Shown: positions 8,764 through 17,560 of the stretch, piece after piece
Layout: each line of letters begins with the position of its first letter
Numbering within the stretch: the first letter of the stretch is position 1
Origin: Methanolinea sp. SDB
GTDB taxonomy: Archaea > Halobacteriota > Methanomicrobia > Methanomicrobiales > Methanospirillaceae
Direction of reading: 5' to 3'
DNA length: 33,849 nt
Assembly (NCBI GenBank): GCA_001412335.1
Contig: LKUF01000414.1
Location: 1 to 33,849 of the forward strand
Position numbers and translations under genes: made by a program
The notes under the pieces: generated by a model
The model's database searches: none
What the model saw: only the letters and a program-made list of their open reading frames with translations
Told to the model about the DNA's origin: nothing

Positions 8764-8801
8764 CGTATATATATGTTCATTGAAGTACATAATAGTACAT
8801 G
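8764..8801 (+). promoter_or_regulatory. trp operon promoter: TATA box plus three 10-bp-phased xGTxCAT repeats
   Basis: CGTATATATATG lies at 8764-8775. It is followed by TGTTCAT (8774-8780), AGTACAT (8784-8790) and AGTACAT (8794-8800). The last repeat overlaps an ATG at 8799. Confidence 0.4.
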
Positions 8802-8938
8802 AAATCTCTACTTCATGATGCGGTGATGCCCCTGGACTGGGGGCCGCCGTCGAGGAGACGGCTGACAAAGATACCACAAAACCCGGTAGAAAACCAGGAA
8901 AGAATGCCAGGATCATCCCGGTAATCAGGGAGATTCCC

Positions 8939-10342
8939 GTGCCCGGGGTTGATCCCTATGAACTCTTCCGGGCATTGGGTGTAAAAAGGGGGTATATTCT
9001 CGAATCAATAGAAGGGGTTCCCCGCAGGGCGGTCCGATCCATCATCGGACTCGAACCGGATATCGTCGTTTCATTTCTTGATGACCCTGTAATCGAAGGA
9101 GAAAGCGATCTCGTATCCCTCTTCTCATCGCCGGAAGGGGAAAATCCTGTTGACCGGCTCCGGGAGCTCATGGGAAGGATTGAATCTTTCGATTCGCGCA
9201 TTACAGAGTTTCATGGGGGCTTCGTCGGATATTGCAGTTATGATATGGTAACGGACCTGACAGCCGGACTCGTTGAGGCAGGCAGAGCCCATTCCCCCCT
9301 CGCCCGGTTCATGCTTGGAACCCGGGGTATCGTGTATGATCATGTGAAGGCGACATGTACCCTGTTTGACAATGCAATCATACTTCCTGGGATGGATGGG
9401 GTGGATGAGCAGGAGATGGCCCGGGAGAGGCTGGAATCCCTGGAGAAGCAGATTGGTGACGCAGTTTTCGTTTCGGATGGAATGCAGGATATCTCAGCAG
9501 ATCACGCGTTTGACTGGGAATCGTCTCTTTCACGGGAGAACTACGCGGAAGCGGTCGGGAAAGCCCAGGATTACATAAAAGCAGGGGATATCTTCCAGGC
9601 CGTCCTGTCCAGGAAGATATCAGGCCGGTTCAATGGAAATCCCCTGAGTATCTATGGCGCCATTCGCCGGATCAACCCGTCCCCGTACCTGTATTATCTA
9701 AATTTTGGGGACGAGGCGATCATCGGGTCAAGCCCGGAGATGCTTGTCCGTGTGGAGGGTGAAACAGTCCAGACCGTACCCATAGCCGGCACGCGCCCGA
9801 GGGGACGGGATGCAGCTGAGGACGATCTGCTCTCGAAGAACCTCCTTGCGGACCCAAAAGAGCTCGCGGAGCACCTGATGCTTGTAGATCTTGCCAGGAA
9901 TGATATCGGCAGGGTCTCTCGCTTTGGATCGGTCCAGGTCACTGAATTCATGGACGTTGAACGCTTCTCCCACGTCCAGCACATCGTCTCGCGGGTATGC
10001 GGAACCCTGCGCAAAGACTGCGACCGTTTTGATGCATTTCTTGCATGTTTCCCGGCGGGAACGGTGAGCGGAGCTCCCAAGATCAGGGCAATGCAGATCA
10101 TCTCCGAGCTGGAGGCTCAACCAAGGGGGCTGTATGCGGGGGCAGTCGGGTATGCCGCGTTTGGAAAGAACCTCGAATTCGCAATTGCCATCCGGACATT
10201 GAGAGTAAGTGCCGGAAAGGTCGAGTTTTCGACAGGTGCCGGAATTGTTGCAGATTCGATCCCGAAAAACGAGTACGAGGAGACAGAATTCAAGGCCCGG
10301 GCCATGATGGCGGCCATCCACCAGGTGGGTGATACACGGTGA
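8939..10342 (+). CDS. trpE: anthranilate synthase component I
   Basis: Motifs INPSPYLYY, IAGTRPRG, LMLVDLARNDIGRV and GAPKIRAMQII. GTG 8939 is the first canonical in-frame start, but homologous-looking sequence continues upstream (see findings). Confidence 0.9.
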   Translation: MPGVDPYELFRALGVKRGYILESIEGVPRRAVRSIIGLEPDIVVSFLDDPVIEGESDLVSLFSSPEGENPVDRLRELMGRIESFDSRITEFHGGFVGYCSYDMVTDLTAGLVEAGRAHSPLARFMLGTRGIVYDHVKATCTLFDNAIILPGMDGVDEQEMARERLESLEKQIGDAVFVSDGMQDISADHAFDWESSLSRENYAEAVGKAQDYIKAGDIFQAVLSRKISGRFNGNPLSIYGAIRRINPSPYLYYLNFGDEAIIGSSPEMLVRVEGETVQTVPIAGTRPRGRDAAEDDLLSKNLLADPKELAEHLMLVDLARNDIGRVSRFGSVQVTEFMDVERFSHVQHIVSRVCGTLRKDCDRFDAFLACFPAGTVSGAPKIRAMQIISELEAQPRGLYAGAVGYAAFGKNLEFAIAIRTLRVSAGKVEFSTGAGIVADSIPKNEYEETEFKARAMMAAIHQVGDTR

Positions 10343-10914
10343 ATGTGGTGATCGTTGACTGCTTTGACAGCTTCACCTACAACCTCTTCCAGATGGTCGG
10401 ACAGATGGGGGCAAGGCCCATACCGATCAGGTCTGATATGCCGCTGCAAAGGATCCGTGAGGCAGAACCCGAGCGGATAATACTCTCACCCGGCCCCGGA
10501 AGACCGGAAGATTCAGGTGTCTGCCAGGAGGTAATCCGGCATTTTGCCGGGGATGTTCCGATCCTTGGAGTCTGCCTTGGCCACCAGACGATCATACAAA
10601 CGTATGGGGGAAGGATCTGCCGCATGAAAGCTCCCGTGCATGGGAAAACGAGCAGGATCATGCATTCCCGGAGAGGCATCTTTGCCGGTCTTCCAAGTCC
10701 CATGCAGGCTACACGATATCATTCGCTGGCGGTTGATCCGGACTGTCTGCCAAAAGAGTTCGAGACCCTGGCGGTGGCCGCTGACGACCAGTGCATAATG
10801 GCAGTGAGGCATCAGCGCCTTCCCATCACCGGGGTGCAGTTCCATCCCGAGAGCATCATGACACCGGCAGGTATGCAGATTATTGAAAACTTCCTTGTCC
10901 GGGGTGGTGCCTGA
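10339..10914 (+). CDS. trpG: anthranilate synthase component II (glutamine amidotransferase)
   Basis: Motifs SPGPGRPED, GVCLGHQ (catalytic Cys) and QFHPES. The GTG start overlaps the trpE stop (GTGA). Confidence 0.9.
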   Translation: MNVVIVDCFDSFTYNLFQMVGQMGARPIPIRSDMPLQRIREAEPERIILSPGPGRPEDSGVCQEVIRHFAGDVPILGVCLGHQTIIQTYGGRICRMKAPVHGKTSRIMHSRRGIFAGLPSPMQATRYHSLAVDPDCLPKEFETLAVAADDQCIMAVRHQRLPITGVQFHPESIMTPAGMQIIENFLVRGGA

Positions 10915-11927
10915 TGAAGACGATTCTTTCCAGGCTCGCAGAAGGACGGGACCTCACATCATCCCAGGCACAAGAGGCGATGGATCTCCTGGCTTCAGGG
11001 CAGGCATCGGAAGGCCAGACCGGTGCATTCCTCGCAGCTCTCCGTCTCAAGGGGGAGACGGCCGAAGAGATTGCCGCATTCGGACAGTTGTTACGCAGGT
11101 ATGCAGTGTGCATCAGTCCACGGGTTGCAGGCCCGCTGGTCGACACGTGCGGCACCGGAGGCGACGGCTCCGGGACGTTCAATATCAGCACAGCTGCTGC
11201 GCTGGTGGCGGCAGGAGCGGGTATCCCGGTTGTAAAACACGGAAACCGGAGAGTCAGCAGTTCATGCGGGTCTGCAGACGTCCTCGAAGAGCTGGGAGTA
11301 AAGGTAGATCTGCCCCCGGAGATCGTATCCCGCATGGTTGAGGAGATAGGCATCGGATTTCTCTTTGCTCCATCGTATCATCCCGTCCTGAAATATGCCT
11401 CAACAGTCAGGCGCGATCTTGGATTCTCCACGGTCTTCAATCTACTGGGCCCCCTGGTTAATCCTGCCGATGCATCTGCCCGCCTTCTCGGGGTGTACGA
11501 TCCCGGTTTGGTACAAACCATTGCGCTGACACTCAGGATACTTGGGGCAGAGCGGGCGATGGTGGTCCATGGGGACGGACTGGATGAAATTACCGTTTCA
11601 GGTGAGACATCCGTGGCAGAACTCAGATGTGATAGGATTTGGAGTTATACCGTAACACCAGAGATGTTTGGATTCAGCCGTTCTCCACGGGCCTCCCTAC
11701 AAGGGCGTTTTCCCCGTGAAAACGCCGCGATCATCAGGGATATCCTTCAGGATGTCGAAGGGCCCTGCCGGGATGTGGTCATTATGAATGCAGCTGCCGC
11801 GATTTACCTGGGAGGCAGGGCCAATACCCATGAAGAAGGGATCTCGCTTGCAGAACGATCCATATGCACAGGTGCGGCCTACGGGAAACTGGAAGCGATG
11901 ATAATCCATTCACGAGGTGAGACATGA
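10914..11927 (+). CDS. trpD: anthranilate phosphoribosyltransferase
   Basis: Motifs DTCGTGGDGSGTFNISTAAA and KHGNRRVSS. There is a TGATG overlap with trpG. Confidence 0.9.
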   Translation: MKTILSRLAEGRDLTSSQAQEAMDLLASGQASEGQTGAFLAALRLKGETAEEIAAFGQLLRRYAVCISPRVAGPLVDTCGTGGDGSGTFNISTAAALVAAGAGIPVVKHGNRRVSSSCGSADVLEELGVKVDLPPEIVSRMVEEIGIGFLFAPSYHPVLKYASTVRRDLGFSTVFNLLGPLVNPADASARLLGVYDPGLVQTIALTLRILGAERAMVVHGDGLDEITVSGETSVAELRCDRIWSYTVTPEMFGFSRSPRASLQGRFPRENAAIIRDILQDVEGPCRDVVIMNAAAAIYLGGRANTHEEGISLAERSICTGAAYGKLEAMIIHSRGET

Positions 11928-12685
11928 TCCTGAACAGGATCCTGGAGACTACCGCCACCCGGGTTGCCGGATTACCATGCGAATTTCCGGTCCGGCAGAG
12001 GCAAAAGATGCCGAATTACAGTCTCTACCGGTCTCTAGATCATATTCCCGGTCAGAATCCGATTATTGCGGAACTGAAATTCGCCTCCCCGTCAAGGGGC
12101 CCTATCAGAGCGGGAGCCGATCCGGTGACCTGTGCGAAAATGCTCGCGGAAGGAGGGTGCCGCGCCATCTCGGTCGTGACCGAACCCTTCTTCTTCTCAG
12201 GCAACCCGGAGATCATTCCTGCAGTCAGGTCGGGTATTGATATTCCCATCCTCCGCAAGGACTTCATAATCGATGAACTCCAGCTCGCAGAGACCCGGTC
12301 GCTTGGAGCCGATGCAGTCCTCCTGATCTGCAGGGTACTGGGAGAGAGAATCGGCGAATTTGTTGAATCTGCATTCAGATTGGGCCTGGAACCTCTCGTT
12401 GAGGTACACAACGCCGGTGAAGTGAGGGCGGCCCTGGATACGGGTGCCAGGCTCATCGGGATCAATAACCGGAACCTTAAGGACCTTTCTATCGACCTTT
12501 CAACAACAAGGAGGCTCGCACCACTGGTGCGGAAGGCCGGACGGAGAGTCATTTCCGAGAGTGGTATACTGTGGCCGTGCGACGTGAAGACCCTCTCCCG
12601 GCAGGTTGATGGCTTTCTCATAGGCTCCTCGATAATGGCGGCAAAAAACCCGTCAAAACGATTGGAGGGATTTGTATTCGCGTAA
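11924..12685 (+). CDS. trpC: indole-3-glycerol-phosphate synthase
   Basis: Motifs IAELKFASPSRG, ILRKDFIIDELQ, GINNRNL and FLIGSSIM. There is an ATGA overlap with trpD. Confidence 0.9.
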   Translation: MILNRILETTATRVAGLPCEFPVRQRQKMPNYSLYRSLDHIPGQNPIIAELKFASPSRGPIRAGADPVTCAKMLAEGGCRAISVVTEPFFFSGNPEIIPAVRSGIDIPILRKDFIIDELQLAETRSLGADAVLLICRVLGERIGEFVESAFRLGLEPLVEVHNAGEVRAALDTGARLIGINNRNLKDLSIDLSTTRRLAPLVRKAGRRVISESGILWPCDVKTLSRQVDGFLIGSSIMAAKNPSKRLEGFVFA

Positions 12686-13257
12686 AAATATGTGGGATAA
12701 CGACACCGGAAGATGCACGGGTAGCGGTCGGTGCCGGGGCGGACGCCATAGGGGTGGTGCTCTTCTCCCGTTCACCCCGCTCGGTATCACCGGCAAAGGC
12801 ACGGGAGATATTCGATGCGGCGGGTGAAGGCGTCTGGAAAGTTGCCGTCACCCACACCACGTCGGAAGATGAGATGAGGATCATCTTCAACGAAGTCTCG
12901 CCCGACGCGATCCAGGTCTTCTGTCATGACCTGCGGGACTTTCCTTCGCACGTGAAGGTGATCAGGGCAGTCGCGCCGGGGGACCCGATCCCCGACGATG
13001 CCGATGCACTGATAATAGACTCCAGCCACGGAAAAGGGGTGATATATGACGAGATATTTGCCAGAAAACTCGTCAATTCAACAGATATCCCGGTCATCCT
13101 TGCCGGAGGACTCTCCCCTGACAATGTATCAGAGGCTATCGAACGCGTTCGTCCTTTTGCGGTGGATGTGGCTTCCGGGGTCGAGGAATTTCCGGGGAAG
13201 AAGAACCCCCGAAAAGTGAGGGATTTCATCAGGATTGCCAGGGGGGCGAATATATGA
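12682..13257 (+). CDS. trpF: phosphoribosylanthranilate isomerase (5' boundary unresolved)
   Basis: The conserved N-terminus [24 protein letters not shown] is encoded in frame from 12682. However, no ATG/GTG/TTG exists in that frame between the stop at 12607-12609 and GTG 12754 (the ORF-track start). The C-terminal part carries [11 protein letters not shown]. Confidence 0.8.
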   Translation, partial: VKICGITTPEDARVAVGAGADAIGVVLFSRSPRSVSPAKAREIFDAAGEGVWKVAVTHTTSEDEMRIIFNEVSPDAIQVFCHDLRDFPSHVKVIRAVAPGDPIPDDADALIIDSSHGKGVIYDEIFARKLVNSTDIPVILAGGLSPDNVSEAIERVRPFAVDVASGVEEFPGKKNPRKVRDFIRIARGANI

Positions 13258-14426
13258 ATGAACCCACTCGTTTCGGAGCGTATGGTGGCCAGTATGTCCC
13301 CGAGACCCTGATCTGTGCGCTTGAAGAGCTTGAGCAAGCATACAGGACCATCGTCCCGTCCCGGGCTTTTCAGACTGAGATGGAATATTACCTGAAAGAG
13401 TATGCAGGGAGAGAGACCCCGCTTACGTTCTGCAGGAACATGTCGAGGGATTGTGGCTGCAGGATATACCTGAAGCGCGAGGATCTCCTTCATTCCGGTG
13501 CCCACAAGCTGAACAACGCTCTTGGACAGGCTCTCCTGACAAAAGCCATGGGGAAGAAGCGGATTATTGCCGAGACAGGGGCCGGACAACACGGGGTTGC
13601 CACGGCCATTGCCGGTGCTGCACTCGGTCTCCCGGTCGAGGTCTACATGGGAGTCGAGGACATGGGGCGGCAGTCGCTGAATGTAGCGCGCATGGAGATG
13701 CTCGGTGCTCGTGTCATCCCTGTACGGTCAGGGTCCCGGACCCTGAAGGATGCAATAAACGAGGCCCTGCGTGAGTGGGTAGCAAACGTAGGGGATACCC
13801 ATTACCTGATTGGATCGGTTGTGGGTCCCCACCCGTTTCCTGCACTTGTGCGGGACTTCCAGACCGTAATCGGAAGAGAGACGAGAGACCAGATACTCGA
13901 AAAAGAAGAGCGGCTTCCGGATGTGCTTGTGGCCTGTGTCGGTGGCGGCTCGAATGCGATAGGTATGTTCCATGCCTTCTTAAAAGACGATGTGGCTCTT
14001 TTTGGGGCAGAGGCAGGCGGAGAGGGCATAAAAGGACGGCATGGGGCGACTCTCTGCCGTGGACGTCCGGGAGTGCTCCACGGGACCTATACCTACCTGA
14101 TCCAGGACGCCTTCGGCCAGATCCTGGAGTCGCACAGCATTTCAGCCGGGCTTGATTATCCCGGCGTCGGCCCGGAACACAGTTTTCTGAAGGATGAGGG
14201 GAGGGTCACGTACCAGCCGGTGACTGATGAAGAAGCCCTGGACTCCTTCTTCTACCTGTCACGTACTGAAGGCATCCTCCCTGCTCTTGAATCGGCCCAT
14301 GCCGTGGCCCTTGCACGCACAATTGCAGATGATCTCGATGACGACGGAATACTGGTGATAAACCTCTCCGGCCGCGGAGACAAGGACGTTGCCCAGGTGG
14401 CAGCTCTCATGGGGGGATGCAGGTGA
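13254..14426 (+). CDS. trpB: tryptophan synthase beta chain (TrpB1 type)
   Basis: Motifs [13 protein letters not shown] (PLP Lys), ETGAGQHG and [10 protein letters not shown]. There is an ATGA overlap with trpF. Confidence 0.92.
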   Translation: MNEPTRFGAYGGQYVPETLICALEELEQAYRTIVPSRAFQTEMEYYLKEYAGRETPLTFCRNMSRDCGCRIYLKREDLLHSGAHKLNNALGQALLTKAMGKKRIIAETGAGQHGVATAIAGAALGLPVEVYMGVEDMGRQSLNVARMEMLGARVIPVRSGSRTLKDAINEALREWVANVGDTHYLIGSVVGPHPFPALVRDFQTVIGRETRDQILEKEERLPDVLVACVGGGSNAIGMFHAFLKDDVALFGAEAGGEGIKGRHGATLCRGRPGVLHGTYTYLIQDAFGQILESHSISAGLDYPGVGPEHSFLKDEGRVTYQPVTDEEALDSFFYLSRTEGILPALESAHAVALARTIADDLDDDGILVINLSGRGDKDVAQVAALMGGCR

Positions 14427-15241
14427 ATCATCACGATTCACGCATAGCTGATCTCTTTGGGTCGAGATCAGGTACGCTCCTTGTCGCCTGCACGATGGCG
14501 GGAGATCCCGACTTTGTGACCAGTATCAGGATAATCCAGGAGATGATCGATGCAGGTGGAGACATGATCGAACTGGTCATGCCGCATTCAGACCCTGTTG
14601 CCGACGGGCCCGTCATGCAGGAGGCAGTGTCGCGGGCACTGGATGCGGGAATGAATACGGACCGGTTTTTCTCTCTCATCAGCGAGATTAGAAAGGGATA
14701 CGGGACACCACTGGTCGTTCTCACCTATGCAAACATCGTTATCCAGCGTGGCATTGAGCAGTTCTACCGGGATGCCGCGAATGCAGGGGCGGATGGAGTT
14801 GCGGTAGCTGATGTCCCACTGGAAGAATCAGGACTCTTCATTGCTGCGGCACGGAACGCTGGTATTGAACCCATACTCTTTGTGAGCCGTACGACATCGA
14901 AGGACAGGCTCGAAAAGATCCTTTCAGCAGCCGGCGGGTTCATCTACCTCGTTGCAGCCATGGGTGTGACCGGTATCAGGGGTGGGGTTCCGGAGGAGAC
15001 ACTCGTCTGCCTGCGGGAGGTAAAAGGTCGGACAGGTCTCCCGGTAGTCCCGGGTTTTGGCATTTCAGGGCCCGAGCAAATCCGAACCTATGCCGCTTCG
15101 GGGGCCGACGGTGTTATCGTGGGATCCGCCCTCGTAAAAGAGATAGCCCAACAGGTGAAACTGGGATGCGATCCTGTTTTGAAAGTCGGAGAACTCATCC
15201 GCCGGTTAAAATCAGGCTGCATCGTCGACAGTCAGTGTTGA
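14417..15241 (+). CDS. trpA: tryptophan synthase alpha chain
   Basis: Motifs [31 protein letters not shown] and GFGISGPEQ. It overlaps trpB by 10 nt. Confidence 0.9.
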   Translation: MQVNHHDSRIADLFGSRSGTLLVACTMAGDPDFVTSIRIIQEMIDAGGDMIELVMPHSDPVADGPVMQEAVSRALDAGMNTDRFFSLISEIRKGYGTPLVVLTYANIVIQRGIEQFYRDAANAGADGVAVADVPLEESGLFIAAARNAGIEPILFVSRTTSKDRLEKILSAAGGFIYLVAAMGVTGIRGGVPEETLVCLREVKGRTGLPVVPGFGISGPEQIRTYAASGADGVIVGSALVKEIAQQVKLGCDPVLKVGELIRRLKSGCIVDSQC

Positions 15242-15249
15242 AGGATCCT

Positions 15250-15281
15250 GTCCGGCAATCCGGACACCAAATCTCTTTTTT
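15250..15281 (+). terminator. trp operon terminator (hairpin plus T-tract)
   Basis: GTCCGG (15250-15255), loop caat, CCGGAC (15260-15265), then CTCTTTTTT ending at 15281. It lies between convergent trpA and the VOC gene. Confidence 0.5.
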
Positions 15282-15300
15282 AGGTGAATGGTTTTCCCTG

Positions 15301-15669
15301 CTACCGTGCAGCCGGTTCCTCCTGCCATAGCCCGAACGCATTGCCTTCTGTATCCATGCAGTGTGCCAGGGATCCGAATCCGGGAACCGGGGTCTTTTTG
15401 AGGGTTACCGTGCCCCCAAGTGATATCACTCTCTCAATGTATTCATCGATTGATGCGACCCCGATATAATTCATGATGCGCTGTCCCGGAGCTCCCCTCT
15501 TTCCCAGGCCGCCGCCTACCCCTGCACTGCCGTCCAGGGCTCTCGTCTCCACCAGGCAAAAGTCGGGAAATCCGGTCTCCCTGAATTCCCATCCAAACAG
15601 CTCCCTGTAGAATTGCCGTGCCCGTCCTGGATCATCAGCAGGCACGTCGAAATGGACGATTGTTGGCAT
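15301..15669 (-). CDS. VOC (glyoxalase/bleomycin-resistance/dioxygenase) family protein
   Basis: MPTIVHFDVPADDPGRARQFYRELFGWEF is a typical VOC N-terminus. I chose ATG 15669 over the longer track ORF starting at 15756. Confidence 0.7.
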   Translation of the reverse strand: MPTIVHFDVPADDPGRARQFYRELFGWEFRETGFPDFCLVETRALDGSAGVGGGLGKRGAPGQRIMNYIGVASIDEYIERVISLGGTVTLKKTPVPGFGSLAHCMDTEGNAFGLWQEEPAAR

Positions 15670-15762
15670 GAATCCCAATGGGTTGGCACATGGTATGAAA
15701 CCTCTATTCTCGTGTTCCATAATGCATCGAGAAGGAGCAGGAATGAAGATTCCCACCTCGTC

Positions 15763-16506
15763 CTACTCCCGATCCAGCTTTCCTACAGCAGCGCAGTAGA
15801 TGACGAATTCGTCGATGCCGTCTATTCCAAGGAGATCCGCCATCTGTTGATCGTCAAACGCACCCATGGCACACGTCCCGCATCCCAGCTGGGTGGCAGC
15901 GAGGTACAGGTTCTGGCAGACGTGCCCGGCATCCAGGTGGACAAGGCGGTATGCCCGTTCCGCGTAACGCCAGGCCATACGGTAGATGACACTGCTCCAC
16001 ATGAAGGTTGCTGCCGATGCCCGGACAAATGCCTGGCCAAGGCATGCGGCCATCGTCCGGTCCGCCAGGTCTGGGCCTGCCCCTATCTCAAGAAGCTGGT
16101 TTGAGAATGCCAGGTAGCGGTATATGCCCGGTTCCAGCCCTTCGATCCGGTTTGCCAGGATGTATGTCTCAAAAGAGTGGCGTCCACCTGCAGAGGGGAC
16201 ATTCCTGAACGTAAAATACGGTTCCTGGACGTGAACGATTCCCTGTGTGCACCACAGGAGATAGGTGATTTCTTCGATTGAGAGCGGCTCCCGGGAATAA
16301 TGACGCACGGATCTTCTCCCTTCGATTGCCCGGCGGAGGTCGAGAGGGGGGATGGATAGCTCTTTTGGGGAGGGAAGGGCGATCAGATCTCCACCAGGCG
16401 GGAATGGCTTTTCAAGGGGAGGTGCGGGAACCCGTAAAAACTGGTCGGAGACAGATACATGTTCATACCGTGTCATCTCCATGAACCGCTGTCCGGTTGG
16501 TTTCAT
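15763..16506 (-). CDS. SagB/ThcOx-type nitroreductase-family dehydrogenase
   Basis: 247 aa. Motifs RRSVRHY, PSAGGRHSFETY, and a C-terminal GFDDQQMADLLGIDG nitroreductase-fold signature. Confidence 0.8.
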   Translation of the reverse strand: MKPTGQRFMEMTRYEHVSVSDQFLRVPAPPLEKPFPPGGDLIALPSPKELSIPPLDLRRAIEGRRSVRHYSREPLSIEEITYLLWCTQGIVHVQEPYFTFRNVPSAGGRHSFETYILANRIEGLEPGIYRYLAFSNQLLEIGAGPDLADRTMAACLGQAFVRASAATFMWSSVIYRMAWRYAERAYRLVHLDAGHVCQNLYLAATQLGCGTCAMGAFDDQQMADLLGIDGIDEFVIYCAAVGKLDRE

Positions 16507-16573
16507 CAGGGATCAATTGCCGGTTCGGGTACATAAACGGTATGCACGTGGATTATGTTTCCGATCCCCATAA

Positions 16574-17560
16574 GTGCCTCTTCATCCGACCAGATATGTG
16601 ATGCCTGCGACAGCCGCTGTTCCAGGGGTGCTTCTCCTGTACCTGGCAGAGGCTATAATACTCCTCACCATCGGGATAGTCCTGGCAAGCATCCTCGTGG
16701 AAACAGGGATATTTTCCCGAATCTCACGGCTTACCCGCCCCCTGTGCCGCATATCGGGGCTGACGGAGTCCGCCACAACATCGATCCTGGCCATCTTCAT
16801 CAATCCCACGGCAGGAAAAGCCATGCTTGCAGGCCTGTACAATGACGGCAGGGTGGAAAAAGAGGAGATCATCCCCACTCTGGTGATGAGCACATTTCCC
16901 GTCGTTCTTGGCGAGTCGCTCTTCCGTGTCCACCTCCCGGCAGCAATCGTGCTGCTCGGGCCGCTGGTCGGGGGGTTGCACGTGCTGCTGAACCTCTTCT
17001 CAAGCGGACTCCAGATGTTTTGGGCCATACTCTATACCCGGTTCATGGTACGGAAGAGGATCTCTTTCGATTGTATCGATACGCCGGCAGTACCTGATCC
17101 GATACGGTTCTCCCGCGAAAGGCTGGTCCTCGGAATAACAAAGGCATGGCCTCAGCTCAGACGAATCATCCCGGTCACGGTTATCGCCGTCCTGGTCTTT
17201 GCGGTGCTCTCCATCTACGGCATCATGGACCTTATCGGGGCCCTGTTTACCCCTGTTCTTGGAGCAATCGGTCTTCCTGGCGAGAGCTCTACTGCCCTCG
17301 TGGCACAGGTTCTTCGGTCTTATGCAGGTTACGCGGTCGTCGCATCACTCATGACCACAGGAATACTCGGATTGAAAGACGCTCTCGTCACGCTGCTCAT
17401 CGGGAGCATGATGGTCATAACCCTGATCTACGTCCGCTATACGTTTCCTCTCAACATATCTCTCTTCGGACGGTTCGGCCTGAAGATCACCGCAGTCTCG
17501 TACATCTGCAGCATGTCGGCAAAGATCGTCACGCTCTCGCTGGTATTGCTGTTGCTGTAA
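16574..17560 (+). CDS. nucleoside-recognition (gate) domain membrane protein
   Basis: Polytopic membrane protein. SILAIFINPTAGKAMLAGLY and the overall layout resemble Gate-domain proteins. The start is GTG 16574 or ATG 16601. Confidence 0.5.
   Translation: MPLHPTRYVMPATAAVPGVLLLYLAEAIILLTIGIVLASILVETGIFSRISRLTRPLCRISGLTESATTSILAIFINPTAGKAMLAGLYNDGRVEKEEIIPTLVMSTFPVVLGESLFRVHLPAAIVLLGPLVGGLHVLLNLFSSGLQMFWAILYTRFMVRKRISFDCIDTPAVPDPIRFSRERLVLGITKAWPQLRRIIPVTVIAVLVFAVLSIYGIMDLIGALFTPVLGAIGLPGESSTALVAQVLRSYAGYAVVASLMTTGILGLKDALVTLLIGSMMVITLIYVRYTFPLNISLFGRFGLKITAVSYICSMSAKIVTLSLVLLLL

Noticed and set aside
8799-8924. Classical Trp-attenuator leader peptide upstream of trpE
   Set aside because: The 41-codon uORF has a single Trp codon (TGG 8838-8840), not tandem Trp codons. 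I could not find alternative terminator/antiterminator hairpins with a T-tract; only a 6-bp hairpin at 8846-8862 is present. I kept it as a uORF/frameshift observation, not as an attenuator.
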